Part shown: piece by piece, positions 45,371-62,300 of the stretch | Numbering within the stretch: position 1 is the first letter of the stretch | How the letters are laid out: each line of letters begins with the position of its first letter | Source: Nemertoderma westbladi | Taxonomy: Eukaryota > Animalia > Xenacoelomorpha | NCBI GenBank assembly: GCA_032718475.1 | Contig: JAUCBJ010006717.1 | Location: forward strand, 62,001-126,000 | Length of the DNA stretch: 64,000 nucleotides | Direction of reading: 5' to 3' | Notes under the pieces: model-generated | Databases searched by the model: none | The model's input: only the letters and a program-made list of their open reading frames with translations | Told to the model about the DNA's origin: nothing | Made by a program: the position numbers and the translations under genes

Positions 45371-48300
45371 GTATGGAATGAACTATCAGAATGGAATGAA
45401 CAATCAGAATGGAATGAACTATCAGAATGGAATGAACTATCAGAATGGAATGAACAACCAGTATGGAATGAACTATCAGAATGGAATGAACTATCAGAAT
45501 GGAATGAACTATCAGAATGGAATGAACTATCAGAATGGAATGAACTATCAGAATGGAATGAACTATCAGAATGGAATGAACAATCAGAATGGAATTAATG
45601 AACTATCAGAATGGAATGAACTATCAGAATGGAATGAACTATCAGAATGGAATGAACTATCAGAATGGAATGAACTATCAGAATGGAATGAACTATCAGA
45701 ATGGAATGAACAATCAGAATGGAATGAACTATCAGAATGGAATGAACTATCAGAATGGAATGAACTATCAGAATGGAATGAACTATCAGAATGGAATGAA
45801 CTATCAGAATGGAATGAACTATCAGAATGGAATGAACTATCAGAATGGAATGAACTATCAGAATGGAATGAACTATCAGAATGGAATGAACAATCAGAAT
45901 GGAATTAACAATCAGAATGGAATGAACTATCAGAATGGAATGAACTATCAGAATGGAATGAACTATCAGAATGGAATGAACTATCAGAATGGAATGAACT
46001 ATCAGAATGGAATGAACAATCAGAATGGAATTAACAATCAGAATGGAATGAACTATCAGAATGGAATGAACTATCGGAATGGAATGAACTATCAGAATGG
46101 AATGAACAACCAGTATGGAATGAACTATCAGAATGGAATGAACTATCAGAATGGAATGAACAATCAGAATGGAATGAACTATCAGAATGGAATGAACTAT
46201 CAGAATGGAATGAACAACCAGTATGGAATGAACTATCAGAATGGAATGAACTATCAGAATGGAATGAACAATCAGAATGGAATGAACTATCAGAATGGAA
46301 TGAACTATCAGAATGGAATGAACAACCAGTATGGAATGTATGAACTATCAGAATGGAATGAACTATCAGAATGGAATGAACAACCAGTATGGAATGAACT
46401 ATCAGAATGGAATGAACTATCAGAATGGAATGAACAATCAGAATGGAATGAACTATCAGAATGGAATGAACTATCAGAATGGAATGAACTATCAGAATGG
46501 AATGAACTATCAGAATGGAATGAACTATCAGAATGGAATGAACTATCAGAATGGAATGAACTATCAGAATGGAATGAACAATCAGAATGGAATTAACAAT
46601 CAGAATGGAATGAACTATCAGAATGGAATGAACTATCAGAATGGAATGAACTATCAGAATGGAATGAACTATCAGAATGGAATGAACAACCAGTATGGAA
46701 TGAACTATCAGAATGGAATGAACTATCAGAATGGAATGAACAATCAGAATGGAATGAACTATCAGAATGGAATGAACTATCAGAATGGAATGAACTATCA
46801 GAATGGAATGTAATATCAGAATGGAATGAACTATCAGAATGGAATGAACTATCAGAATGGAATGCACTATCAGAATGGAATGAACTATCAGAATGGAATG
46901 AACTATAAAAATGGAATTAACTATCAGAATGGAATGAACAACCAGTATGGAATGTATGAACTATCAGAATGGAATGAACTATCAGAATGGAATGAACTAT
47001 CAGAATGGAATGAACTATCACAATGGAATGAACTATCAGAATGGAATGAACTATCAGAATGGAATGAACTATCAGAATGGAATGAACTATCAGAATGATG
47101 GAATGAACTATCAGAATGGAATGAATGAACTATCAGAATGGAATGAACTATCAGAATGGAATGAACTATCAGAATGGAATGAACTATCAGAATGGAATGA
47201 ACTATCAGAATGGAATGAACAATCAGAATGGAATGAATGAACTATCAGAATGGAATGAACAATCAGAATGGAATGAACAATCAGAATGGAATGAATGAAC
47301 TATCAGAATGGAATGAACAATCAGAATGGAATGAACTATCAGAATGGAATGAACTATCAGAATGGAATGAACTATCAGAATGGAATGAACTATCAGAATG
47401 GAATGAACTATCAGAATGGAATGAAGAATCAGAATGGAATGAACTATCAGAATGGAATGGCCAATCAGAATGGAATGAACTATCAGAATGGAATGGCCAA
47501 TCAGAATGGAATGAACTATCAGAATGGAATGAACTATCAGAATGGAATGAACAATCAGAATGGAATGAATGAACTATCAGAATGGAATGAACTATCAGAA
47601 TGATGGAATGAACTATCAGAATGGAATGAATGAACTATCAGAATGGAATGAACTATCAGAATGGAATGAACTATAAAAATGGAATGAACTATCAGAATGG
47701 AATGAACTATCAGAATGGAATGAACTATCAGAATGGAATGAACTATCAGAATGGAATGAACAATCAGAATGGAATGAACAATCAGAATGGAATGAACTAT
47801 CAGAATGGAATTAACAATCAGAATGGAATGAACTATCAGAATGGAATGAACTATCAGAATGGAATGAACTATCAGAATGGAATGAACTATCAGAATGGAA
47901 TGAACAATCAGAATGGAATTAACAATCAGAATGGAATGAACTATCAGAATGGAATGAACAACCAGTATGGAATGAACTATCAGAATGGAATGAACTATCA
48001 GAATGGAATGAACTATCAGAATGGAATGAACTATCAGAATGGAATGAACTATAAAAATGGAATTAACTATCAGAATGGAATGAACAACCAGTATGGAATG
48101 AACTATCAGAATGGAATGAACAATCAGAATGGAATGAACTATCAGAATGGAATGAACTATCAGAATGGAATGAACAACCAGTATGGAATGAACTATCAGA
48201 ATGGAATGAACTATCAGAATGGAATGAACTATCAGAATGGAATGAACTATCAGAATGGAATGAACTATCAGAATGGAATGAACTATCAGAATGGAATGAA

Positions 48301-50590
48301 CAATCAGAATGGAATTAATGAACTATCAGAATGGAATGAACTATCAGAATGGAATGAACTATCAGAATGGAATGAACTATCAGAATGGAATGAACTATCA
48401 GAATGGAATGAACTATCAGAATGGAATGAACAATCAGAATGGAATGAACTATCAGAATGGAATGAACTATCAGAATGGAATGAACTATCAGAATGGAATG
48501 AACTATCAGAATGGAGTGAACTATCAGAATGGAATGAACTATCAGAATGGAATGAACTATCAGAATGGAATGAACTATCAGAATGGAATGAACTATCAGA
48601 ATGGAATGAACAATCAGAATGGAATTAACAATCAGAATGGAATGAACTATCAGAATGGAATGAACTATCAGAATGGAATGAACTATCAGAATGGAATGAA
48701 CTATCAGAATGGAATGAACTATCAGAATGGAATGAACAATCAGAATGGAATTAACAATCAGAATGGAATGAACTATCAGAATGGAATGAACTATCGGAAT
48801 GGAATGAACTATCAGAATGGAATGAACAACCAGTATGGAATGAACTATCAGAATGGAATGAACTATCAGAATGGAATGAACAATCAGAATGGAATGAACT
48901 ATCAGAATGGAATGAACTATCAGAATGGAATGAACAACCAGTATGGAATGAACTATCAGAATGGAATGAACTATCAGAATGGAATGAACAATCAGAATGG
49001 AATGAACTATCAGAATGGAATGAACTATCAGAATGGAATGAACAACCAGTATGGAATGTATGAACTATCAGAATGGAATGAACTATCAGAATGGAATGAA
49101 CAACCAGTATGGAATGAACTATCAGAATGGAATGAACTATCAGAATGGAATGAACAATCAGAATGGAATGAACTATCAGAATGGAATGAACTATCAGAAT
49201 GGAATGAACTATCAGAATGGAATGAACTATCAGAATGGAATGAACTATCAGAATGGAATGAACTATCAGAATGGAATGAACTATCAGAATGGAATGAACA
49301 ATCAGAATGGAATTAACAATCAGAATGGAATGAACTATCAGAATGGAATGAACTATCAGAATGGAATGAACTATCAGAATGGAATGAACTATCAGAATGG
49401 AATGAACAACCAGTATGGAATGAACTATCAGAATGGAATGAACTATCAGAATGGAATGAACAATCAGAATGGAATGAACTATCAGAATGGAATGAACTAT
49501 CAGAATGGAATGAACTATCAGAATGGAATGTAATATCAGAATGGAATGAACTATCAGAATGGAATGAACTATCAGAATGGAATGCACTATCAGAATGGAA
49601 TGAACTATCAGAATGGAATGAACTATAAAAATGGAATTAACTATCAGAATGGAATGAACAACCAGTATGGAATGTATGAACTATCAGAATGGAATGAACT
49701 ATCAGAATGGAATGAACTATCAGAATGGAATGAACTATCACAATGGAATGAACTATCAGAATGGAATGAACTATCAGAATGGAATGAACTATCAGAATGG
49801 AATGAACTATCAGAATGATGGAATGAACTATCAGAATGGAATGAATGAACTATCAGAATGGAATGAACTATCAGAATGGAATGAACTATCAGAATGGAAT
49901 GAACTATCAGAATGGAATGAACTATCAGAATGGAATGAACAATCAGAATGGAATGAATGAACTATCAGAATGGAATGAACAATCAGAATGGAATGAACAA
50001 TCAGAATGGAATGAATGAACTATCAGAATGGAATGAACAATCAGAATGGAATGAACTATCAGAATGGAATGAACTATCAGAATGGAATGAACTATCAGAA
50101 TGGAATGAACTATCAGAATGGAATGAACTATCAGAATGGAATGAAGAATCAGAATGGAATGAACTATCAGAATGGAATGGCCAATCAGAATGGAATGAAC
50201 TATCAGAATGGAATGGCCAATCAGAATGGAATGAACTATCAGAATGGAATGAACTATCAGAATGGAATGAACAATCAGAATGGAATGAATGAACTATCAG
50301 AATGGAATGAACTATCAGAATGATGGAATGAACTATCAGAATGGAATGAATGAACTATCAGAATGGAATGAACTATCAGAATGGAATGAACTATAAAAAT
50401 GGAATGAACTATCAGAATGGAATGAACTATCAGAATGGAATGAACTATCAGAATGGAATGAACTATCAGAATGGAATGAACAATCAGAATGGAATGAACA
50501 ATCAGAATGGAATGAACTATCAGAATGGAATTAACAATCAGAATGGAATGAACTATCAGAATGGAATGAACTATCAGAATGGAATGAACT
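45160..50590 (+). repeat. Higher-order tandem duplication, offset 2720 bp
   Basis: Matches at 45589/48309, 46331/49051, 46826/49546, 47237/49957 and 47630/50350; rare TATCGGAAT variant at about 46075/48795. Confidence 0.92.
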
Positions 50591-52520
50591 ATCAGAATGG
50601 AATTAACAATCAGAATGGAATGAACTATCAGAATGGAATGAACTATCAGAATGGAATGAACTATCAGAATGGAATGAACTATCAGAATGGAATGAACTAT
50701 CAGAATGGAATGAACTATCAGAATGGAATGAACTATCAGAATGGAATTAACAATCAGAATGGAATGAACTATCAGAATGGAATGAACTATCAGAATGGAA
50801 TGAACTATCAGAATGGAATGAACTATCAGAATGGAATGAACTATCAGAATGGAATGAACTATCAGAATGGAATGAACTATCAGAATGGAATGAACTATCA
50901 GAATGGAATGAACAATCAGAATGGAATTAACAATCAGAATGGAATGAACTATCAGAATGGAATGAACTATCAGAATGGAATGAACTATCAGAATGGAATG
51001 AACTATCAGAATGGAATGAACAACCAGTATGGAATGAACTATCAGAATGGAATGAACTATCAGAATGGAATGAACAATCAGAATGGAATGAACTATCAGA
51101 ATGGAATGAACTATCAGAATGGAATGAACTATCAGAATGGAATGTAATATCAGAATGGAATGAACTATCAGAATGGAATGAACTATCAGAATGGAATGCA
51201 CTATCAGAATGGAATGAACTATCAGAATGGAATGAACTATAAAAATGGAATTAACTATCAGAATGGAATGAACAACCAGTATGGAATGTATGAACTATCA
51301 GAATGGAATGAACTATCAGAATGGAATGAACTATCAGAATGGAATGAACTATCACAATGGAATGAACTATCAGAATGGAATGAACTATCAGAATGGAATG
51401 AACTATCAGAATGGAATGAACTATCAGAATGATGGAATGAACTATCAGAATGGAATGAATGAACTATCAGAATGGAATGAACTATCAGAATGGAATGAAC
51501 TATCAGAATGGAATGAACTATCAGAATGGAATGAACTATCAGAATGGAATGAACAATCAGAATGGAATGAATGAACTATCAGAATGGAATGAACAATCAG
51601 AATGGAATGAACAATCAGAATGGAATGAATGAACTATCAGAATGGAATGAACAATCAGAATGGAATGAACTATCAGAATGGAATGAACTATCAGAATGGA
51701 ATGAACTATCAGAATGGAATGAACTATCAGAATGGAATGAACTATCAGAATGGAATGAAGAATCAGAATGGAATGAACTATCAGAATGGAATGGCCAATC
51801 AGAATGGAATGAACTATCAGAATGGAATGGCCAATCAGAATGGAATGAACTATCAGAATGGAATGAACTATCAGAATGGAATGAACAATCAGAATGGAAT
51901 GAATGAACTATCAGAATGGAATGAACTATCAGAATGATGGAATGAACTATCAGAATGGAATGAATGAACTATCAGAATGGAATGAACTATCAGAATGGAA
52001 TGAACTATAAAAATGGAATGAACTATCAGAATGGAATGAACTATCAGAATGGAATGAACTATCAGAATGGAATGAACTATCAGAATGGAATGAACAATCA
52101 GAATGGAATGAACAATCAGAATGGAATGAACTATCAGAATGGAATTAACAATCAGAATGGAATGAACTATCAGAATGGAATGAACTATCAGAATGGAATG
52201 AACTATCAGAATGGAATTAACAATCAGAATGGAATGAACTATCAGAATGGAATGAACTATCAGAATGGAATGAACTATCAGAATGGAATGAACTATCAGA
52301 ATGGAATGAACTATCAGAATGGAATGAACTATCAGAATGGAATGAACTATCAGAATGGAATTAACAATCAGAATGGAATGAACTATCAGAATGGAATGAA
52401 CTATCAGAATGGAATGAACTATCAGAATGGAATGAACTATCAGAATGGAATGAACTATCAGAATGGAATGAACTATCAGAATGGAATGAACTATCAGAAT
52501 GGAATGAACTATCAGAATGG
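49290..52520 (+). repeat. Higher-order tandem duplication, offset 1614 bp
   Basis: Matches at 49546/51160, 49957/51571 and 50350/51964. Confidence 0.88.
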
Positions 52521-55500
52521 AATGAACTATCAGAATGGAATTAACAACCAGTATGGAATGAATGAACTATCAGAATGGAATGAACAATCAGAATGGAATG
52601 AACTATCAGAATGGAATGAACTATCAGAATGGAATGAACTATCAGAATGGAATGAACTATCAGAATGGAATTAACAATCAGAATGGAATGAACTATCAGA
52701 ATGGAATTAACTATCAGAATGGAATGAACAACCAGTATGGAATGAATGAACTATCAGAATGGAATGAACAACCAGTATGGAATGAATGAACTATCAGAAT
52801 GGAATGAACTATCAGAATGGAATGAACTATCAGAATGGAATGAACTATCAGAATGGAATGAACTATCAGAATGGAATGAACTATCAGAATGGAATGAACT
52901 ATCAGAATGGAATGAACTATCAGAATGGAATGAATGAACTATCAGAATGGAATGAACTATCAGAATGGAATGAACTATCAGAATGGAATGAACTATCAGA
53001 ATGGAATGAACTATCAGAATGGAATGAACTATCAGAATGGAATGAACTATCAGAATGGAATGAACTATCAGAATGGAATGAACTATCAGAATGGAATGAA
53101 CTATCAGAATGGAATGAACTATCAGAATGGAATGAACTATAAAAATGGAATGAACTATCAGAATGGAATGAACTATCAGAATGGAATGAACAATCAGAAT
53201 GGAATGAACTATCAGAATGGAATGAACTATCAGAATGGAATGAACTATAAAAATGGAATTAACAATCAGAATGGAATTAACAATCAGAATGGAATGAACT
53301 ATAAAAATGGAATGAACTATCAGAATGGAATGAACTATCAGAATGGAATGAACAATCAGAATGGAATGAACTATCAGAATGGAATTAACAATCAGAATGG
53401 AATGAACAATCAGAATGGAATGAACTATCAGAATGGAATGAACTATCAGAATGGAATTAACAATCAGAATGGAATGAACTATCAGAATGGAATGAACTAT
53501 CAGAATGGAATGAACTATCAGAATGGAATGAACTATAAAAATGGAATGAACTATCAGAATGGAATGAACTATCAGAATGGAATGAACTATCAGAATGGAA
53601 TGAACTATCAGAATGGAATGAACAATCAGAATGGAATGAACAATCAGAATGGAATGAACTATCAGAATGGAATGAACTATCAGAATGGAATGAACTATCA
53701 GAATGGAATTAACAATCAGAATGGAATGAACTATCAGAATGGAATGAACTATCAGAATGGAATGAACTATCAGAATGGAATGAACTATCAGAATGGAATG
53801 AACTATCAGAATGGAATTAACAACCAGTATGGAATGAATGAACTATCAGAATGGAATGAACAATCAGAATGGAATGAACTATCAGAATGGAATGAACTAT
53901 CAGAATGGAATGAACTATCAGAATGGAATGAACTATCAGAATGGAATGAACTATCAGAATGGAATTAACAATCAGAATGGAATGAACTATCAGAATGGAA
54001 TGAACTATCAGAATGGAATGAACTATCAGAATGGAATGAACTATCAGAATGGAATTAACTATCAGAATGGAATGAACTATCAGAATGGAATGAACTATCA
54101 GAATGGAATGAACTATCAGAATGGAATTAACTATCAGAATGGAATGAACAACCAGTATGGAATGAACTATCAGAATGGAATTAACTATCAGAATGGAATG
54201 AACAACCTGTATGGAATGTATGAACTATCAGAATAGAATGAACTATCAGAATGGAATGAACTATCAGAATGGAATGAACAATCAGAATGGAATGAACTAT
54301 CAGAATGGAATGAACTATCAGAATGGAATGAACTATCAGAATGGAATGAACTATCAGAATGGAATGAACAACCAGTATGGAATGAACAATCAGAATGGAA
54401 TGAACTATCAGAATGGAATGAACAATCAGAATGGAATGAACTATCAGAATGGAATGAACTATCAGAATGGAATGAACTATCAGAATGGAATGTAATATCA
54501 GAATGGAATGAACTATCAGAATGGAATGAACTATCAGAATGGAATGCACTATCAGAATGGAATGAACTATCAGAATGGAATGAACTATAAAAATGGAATT
54601 AACTATCAGAATGGAATGAACAACCAGTATGGAATGTATGAACTATCAGAATGGAATGAACTATCAGAATGGAATGAACTATCAGAATGGAATGAACTAT
54701 CACAATGGAATGAACTATCAGAATGGAATGAACTATCAGAATGGAATGAACTATCAGAATGGAATGAACTATCAGAATGATGGAATGAACTATCAGAATG
54801 GAATGAATGAACTATCAGAATGGAATGAACTATCAGAATGGAATGAACTATCAGAATGGAATGAACTATCAGAATGGAATGAACTATCAGAATGGAATGA
54901 ACAATCAGAATGGAATGAATGAACTATCAGAATGGAATGAACAATCAGAATGGAATGAACAATCAGAATGGAATGAATGAACTATCAGAATGGAATGAAC
55001 AATCAGAATGGAATGAACTATCAGAATGGAATGAACTATCAGAATGGAATGAACTATCAGAATGGAATGAACTATCAGAATGGAATGAACTATCAGAATG
55101 GAATGAAGAATCAGAATGGAATGAACTATCAGAATGGAATGGCCAATCAGAATGGAATGAACTATCAGAATGGAATGGCCAATCAGAATGGAATGAACTA
55201 TCAGAATGGAATGAACTATCAGAATGGAATGAACAATCAGAATGGAATGAATGAACTATCAGAATGGAATGAACTATCAGAATGATGGAATGAACTATCA
55301 GAATGGAATGAATGAACTATCAGAATGGAATGAACTATCAGAATGGAATGAACTATAAAAATGGAATGAACTATCAGAATGGAATGAACTATCAGAATGG
55401 AATGAACTATCAGAATGGAATGAACTATCAGAATGGAATGAACAATCAGAATGGAATGAACAATCAGAATGGAATGAACTATCAGAATGGAATTAACAAT

Positions 55501-57500
55501 CAGAATGGAATGAACTATCAGAATGGAATGAACTATCAGAATGGAATGAACTATCAGAATGGAATTAACAATCAGAATGGAATGAACTATCAGAATGGAA
55601 TGAACTATCAGAATGGAATGAACTATCAGAATGGAATGAACTATCAGAATGGAATGAACTATCAGAATGGAATGAACTATCAGAATGGAATGAACTATCA
55701 GAATGGAATTAACAATCAGAATGGAATGAACTATCAGAATGGAATGAACTATCAGAATGGAATGAACTATCAGAATGGAATGAACTATCAGAATGGAATG
55801 AACTATCAGAATGGAATGAACTATCAGAATGGAATGAACTATCAGAATGGAATGAACTATCAGAATGGAATGAACTATCAGAATGGAATTAACAACCAGT
55901 ATGGAATGAATGAACTATCAGAATGGAATGAACAATCAGAATGGAATGAACTATCAGAATGGAATGAACTATCAGAATGGAATGAACTATCAGAATGGAA
56001 TGAACTATCAGAATGGAATTAACAATCAGAATGGAATGAACTATCAGAATGGAATTAACTATCAGAATGGAATGAACAACCAGTATGGAATGAATGAACT
56101 ATCAGAATGGAATGAACAACCAGTATGGAATGAATGAACTATCAGAATGGAATGAACTATCAGAATGGAATGAACTATCAGAATGGAATGAACTATCAGA
56201 ATGGAATGAACTATCAGAATGGAATGAACTATCAGAATGGAATGAACTATCAGAATGGAATGAACTATCAGAATGGAATGAATGAACTATCAGAATGGAA
56301 TGAACTATCAGAATGGAATGAACTATCAGAATGGAATGAACTATCAGAATGGAATGAACTATCAGAATGGAATGAACTATCAGAATGGAATGAACTATCA
56401 GAATGGAATGAACTATCAGAATGGAATGAACTATCAGAATGGAATGAACTATCAGAATGGAATGAACTATCAGAATGGAATGAACTATAAAAATGGAATG
56501 AACTATCAGAATGGAATGAACTATCAGAATGGAATGAACAATCAGAATGGAATGAACTATCAGAATGGAATGAACTATCAGAATGGAATGAACTATAAAA
56601 ATGGAATTAACAATCAGAATGGAATTAACAATCAGAATGGAATGAACTATAAAAATGGAATGAACTATCAGAATGGAATGAACTATCAGAATGGAATGAA
56701 CAATCAGAATGGAATGAACTATCAGAATGGAATTAACAATCAGAATGGAATGAACAATCAGAATGGAATGAACTATCAGAATGGAATGAACTATCAGAAT
56801 GGAATTAACAATCAGAATGGAATGAACTATCAGAATGGAATGAACTATCAGAATGGAATGAACTATCAGAATGGAATGAACTATAAAAATGGAATGAACT
56901 ATCAGAATGGAATGAACTATCAGAATGGAATGAACTATCAGAATGGAATGAACTATCAGAATGGAATGAACAATCAGAATGGAATGAACAATCAGAATGG
57001 AATGAACTATCAGAATGGAATGAACTATCAGAATGGAATGAACTATCAGAATGGAATTAACAATCAGAATGGAATGAACTATCAGAATGGAATGAACTAT
57101 CAGAATGGAATGAACTATCAGAATGGAATGAACTATCAGAATGGAATGAACTATCAGAATGGAATTAACAACCAGTATGGAATGAATGAACTATCAGAAT
57201 GGAATGAACAATCAGAATGGAATGAACTATCAGAATGGAATGAACTATCAGAATGGAATGAACTATCAGAATGGAATGAACTATCAGAATGGAATGAACT
57301 ATCAGAATGGAATTAACAATCAGAATGGAATGAACTATCAGAATGGAATGAACTATCAGAATGGAATGAACTATCAGAATGGAATGAACTATCAGAATGG
57401 AATTAACTATCAGAATGGAATGAACTATCAGAATGGAATGAACTATCAGAATGGAATGAACTATCAGAATGGAATTAACTATCAGAATGGAATGAACAAC
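51135..57500 (+). repeat. Higher-order tandem duplication, offset 3348 bp
   Basis: Matches at 51160/54508, 51964/55312, 52562/55910, 52934/56282 and 53838/57186. Confidence 0.92.
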
Positions 57501-59329
57501 CAGTATGGAATGAATGAACTATCAGAATGGAATGAACAACCAGTATGGAATGAATGAACTATCAGAATGGAATGAACTATCAGAATGGAATGAACTATCA
57601 GAATGGAATGAACTATCAGAATGGAATGAACTATCAGAATGGAATGAACTATCAGAATGGAATTAACTATCAGAATGGAATGAACAACCTGTATGGAATG
57701 TATGAACTATCAGAATAGAATGAACTATCAGAATGGAATGAACTATCAGAATGGAATGAACTATCAGAATGGAATGAACTATCAGAATGGAATGAACAAC
57801 CAGAATGGAATGAACAATCAGAATGGAATGAACTATCAGAATGGAATGAACTATCAGAATGGAATGAATGAACTATCAGAATGGAATGAACTATCAGAAT
57901 GGAATGAACAATCAGAATGGAATGAACTATCAGAATGGAATGAACTATAAGAATGGAATGGCCAATCAGAATGGAATGAACTATCAGAATGGAATTAACA
58001 ATCAGAATGGAATGAACTATCAGAATGGAATGAACTATCAGAATGGAATGAACAATCAGAATGGAATGAACTATCAGAATGGAATGAACTATCAGAATGG
58101 AATGAACTATCAGAATGGAATGAACTATCAGAATGGAATGAACTATAAAAATGGAATTAACTATCAGAATGGAATGAACTATAAAAATGGAATTAACAAT
58201 CAGAATGGAATTAACAATCAGAATGGAATGAACAATCAGAATGGAATGAACTATCAGAATGGAATGAACTATCAGAATGGAATGAACTATCAGAATGGAA
58301 TGAACAATCAGAATGGAATGAACTATCAGAATGGAATGAACTATCAGAATGGAATGAACTATCAGAATGGAATGAACTATCAGAATGGAATGAACTATAA
58401 AAATGGAATTAACTATCAGAATGGAATGAACAATCAGAATGGAATGAACTATCAGAATGGAATGAACTATCAGAATGGAATGAACTATCAGAATGGAATG
58501 AACTATCAGAATGGAATGAACTATAAAAATGGAATTAACAATCAGAATGGAATTAACAATCAGAATGGAATGAGCAATCAGAATGGAATGAACTATCAGA
58601 ATGGAATGAACAATCAGAATGGAATGAACTATCAGAATGGAATGAACTATCAGAATGGAATGGCCAATCAGAATGGAATGAACTATCAGAATGGAATTAA
58701 CAATCAGAATGGAATTAACAATCAGAATGGAATGAACAATCAGAATGGAATGAACTATCAGAATGGAATGAACTATAAAAATGGAATTAACTATCAGAAT
58801 GGAATGAACTATAAAAATGGAATTAACAATCAGAATGGAATTAACAATCAGAATGGAATGAACAATCAGAATGGAATGAACTATCAGAATGGAATGAACT
58901 ATCAGAATGGAATGAACTATCAGAATGGAATGAACTATAAAAATGGAATTAACTATCAGAATGGAATGAACAATCAGAATGGAATGAACTATCAGAATGG
59001 AATGAACTATCAGAATGGAATGAACTATCAGAATGGAATGAACTATCAGAATGGAATGAACTATAAAAATGGAATTAACAATCAGAATGGAATTAACAAT
59101 CAGAATGGAATGAACAATCAGAATGGAATGAACTATCAGAATGGAATGAACAATCAGAATGGAATGAACTATCAGAATGGAATGAACTATCAGAATGGAA
59201 ATGAACTATCAGAATGGAATGAACTATCAGAATGGAATGAACAATCAGAATGGAATGAACTATCAGAATGGAATGAACTATCAGAATGGAATGAACTATC
59301 AGAATGGAATGAACTATCAGAATGGAATG

Positions 59330-62300
59330 AACTATAAAAATGGAATTAACTATCAGAATGGAATGAACAACCAGTATGGAATGTATGAACTATCAGAATG
59401 GAATGAACTATCAGAATGGAATGAACTATCAGAATGGAATGAACTATCAGAATGGAATGAACTATCAGAATGGAATGAACTATCAGAATGGAATGAACTA
59501 TCAGAATGGAATGAACTATCAGAATGGAATGAACTATCAGAATGGAATTAACAATCAGAATGGAATGAACAACCAGTATGGAATGTATGAAATATCAGAA
59601 TGGAATGAACTATCAGAATGGAATGAACTATCAGAATGGAATGAACTATCAGAATGGAATGAACTATCAGAATGGAATGAACTATCAGAATGGAATGAAC
59701 TATCAGAATGGAATGAACAATCAGAATGGAATGAACTATCAGAATGGAATGAACTATCAGAATGGAATTAACAACCAGTATGGAATGAATGAACTATCAG
59801 AATGGAATGAACTATCAGAATGGAATTAACAATCAGAATGGAATGAACTATCAAAAGGAATGAACTATCAGAATGGAATGAACTATCAGAATGGAATGAA
59901 CTATCAGAATGGAATTAACAATCAGAATGGAATGAACTATCAGAATGGAATGAACTATCAGAATGGAATGAACTATCAGAATGGAATGAACTATCAGAAT
60001 GGAATGAACTATCAGAATGGAATGAACTATCAGAATGGAATGAACTATCAGAATGGAATGAACTATCAGAATGGAATGAACTATCAGAATGGAATGAACT
60101 ATCAGAATGGAATGAACTATAAAAATGGAATGAACTATCAGAATGGAATGAACTATCAGAATGGAATGAACAATCAGAATGGAATGAACTATCAGAATGG
60201 AATGAACTATCAGAATGGAATGAACTATAAAAATGGAATTAACAATCAGAATGGAATTAACAATCAGAATGGAATGAACTATAAAAATGGAATGAACTAT
60301 CAGAATGGAATGAACTATCAGAATGGAATGAACAATCAGAATGGAATGAACTATCAGAATGGAATTAACAATCAGAATGGAATGAACAATCAGAATGGAA
60401 TGAACTATCAGAATGGAATGAACTATCAGAATGGAATTAACAATCAGAATGGAATGAACTATCAGAATGGAATGAACTATCAGAATGGAATGAACTATCA
60501 GAATGGAATGAACTATAAAAATGGAATGAACTATCAGAATGGAATGAACTATCAGAATGGAATGAACTATCAGAATGGAATGAACTATCAGAATGGAATG
60601 AACAATCAGAATGGAATGAACAATCAGAATGGAATGAACTATCAGAATGGAATGAACTATCAGAATGGAATGAACTATCAGAATGGAATTAACAATCAGA
60701 ATGGAATGAACTATCAGAATGGAATGAACTATCAGAATGGAATGAACTATCAGAATGGAATGAACTATCAGAATGGAATGAACTATCAGAATGGAATTAA
60801 CAACCAGTATGGAATGAATGAACTATCAGAATGGAATGAACAATCAGAATGGAATGAACTATCAGAATGGAATGAACTATCAGAATGGAATGAACTATCA
60901 GAATGGAATGAACAATCAGAATGGAATGAACTATCAGAATGGAATGAACTATCAGAATGGAATGAACTATAAAAATGGAATTAACTATCAGAATGGAATG
61001 AACAACCAGTATGGAATGTATGAACTATCAGAATGGAATGAACTATCAGAATGGAATGAACTATCAGAATGGAATGAACTATCAGAATGGAATGAACTAT
61101 CAGAATGGAATGAACTATCAGAATGGAATGAACTATCAGAATGGAATGAACTATCAGAATGGAATGAACTATCAGAATGGAATGAACTATCAGAATGGAA
61201 TTAACAATCAGAATGGAATGAACAACCAGTATGGAATGTATGAAATATCAGAATGGAATGAACTATCAGAATGGAATGAACTATCAGAATGGAATGAACT
61301 ATCAGAATGGAATGAACTATCAGAATGGAATGAACTATCAGAATGGAATGAACTATCAGAATGGAATGAACAATCAGAATGGAATGAACTATCAGAATGG
61401 AATGAACTATCAGAATGGAATTAACAACCAGTATGGAATGAATGAACTATCAGAATGGAATGAACTATCAGAATGGAATTAACAATCAGAATGGAATGAA
61501 CTATCAAAAGGAATGAACTATCAGAATGGAATGAACTATCAGAATGGAATGAACTATCAGAATGGAATTAACAATCAGAATGGAATGAACTATCAGAATG
61601 GAATGAACTATCAGAATGGAATGAACTATCAGAATGGAATGAACTATCAGAATGGAATGAACTATCAGAATGGAATGAACTATCAGAATGGAATGAACTA
61701 TCAGAATGGAATGAACTATCAGAATGGAATGAACTATCAGAATGGAATGAACTATCAGAATGGAATGAACTATAAAAATGGAATGAACTATCAGAATGGA
61801 ATGAACTATCAGAATGGAATGAACAATCAGAATGGAATGAACTATCAGAATGGAATGAACTATCAGAATGGAATGAACTATAAAAATGGAATTAACAATC
61901 AGAATGGAATTAACAATCAGAATGGAATGAACTATAAAAATGGAATGAACTATCAGAATGGAATGAACTATCAGAATGGAATGAACAATCAGAATGGAAT
62001 GAACTATCAGAATGGAATTAACAATCAGAATGGAATGAACAATCAGAATGGAATGAACTATCAGAATGGAATGAACTATCAGAATGGAATTAACAATCAG
62101 AATGGAATGAACTATCAGAATGGAATGAACTATCAGAATGGAATGAACTATCAGAATGGAATGAACTATAAAAATGGAATGAACTATCAGAATGGAATGA
62201 ACTATCAGAATGGAATGAACTATCAGAATGGTATGAACTATCAGAATGGAATGAACAATCAGAATGGAATGAACAATCAGAATGGAATGAACTATCAGAA

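Noticed and set aside
4565-52934. Recurrent 148-bp spacing between +4 insertions, close to nucleosome core length
   Set aside because: It equals 8x18+4, and most instances are homologous copies of the same HOR block. Many other spacings are just as common, so there is no independent evidence for nucleosome phasing.
3391-54549. Minus-strand hydrophobic (IVHSIL)n ORFs
   Set aside because: They are antisense translations of the same repeat; their ATG starts arise only from sporadic CAT-creating variants.
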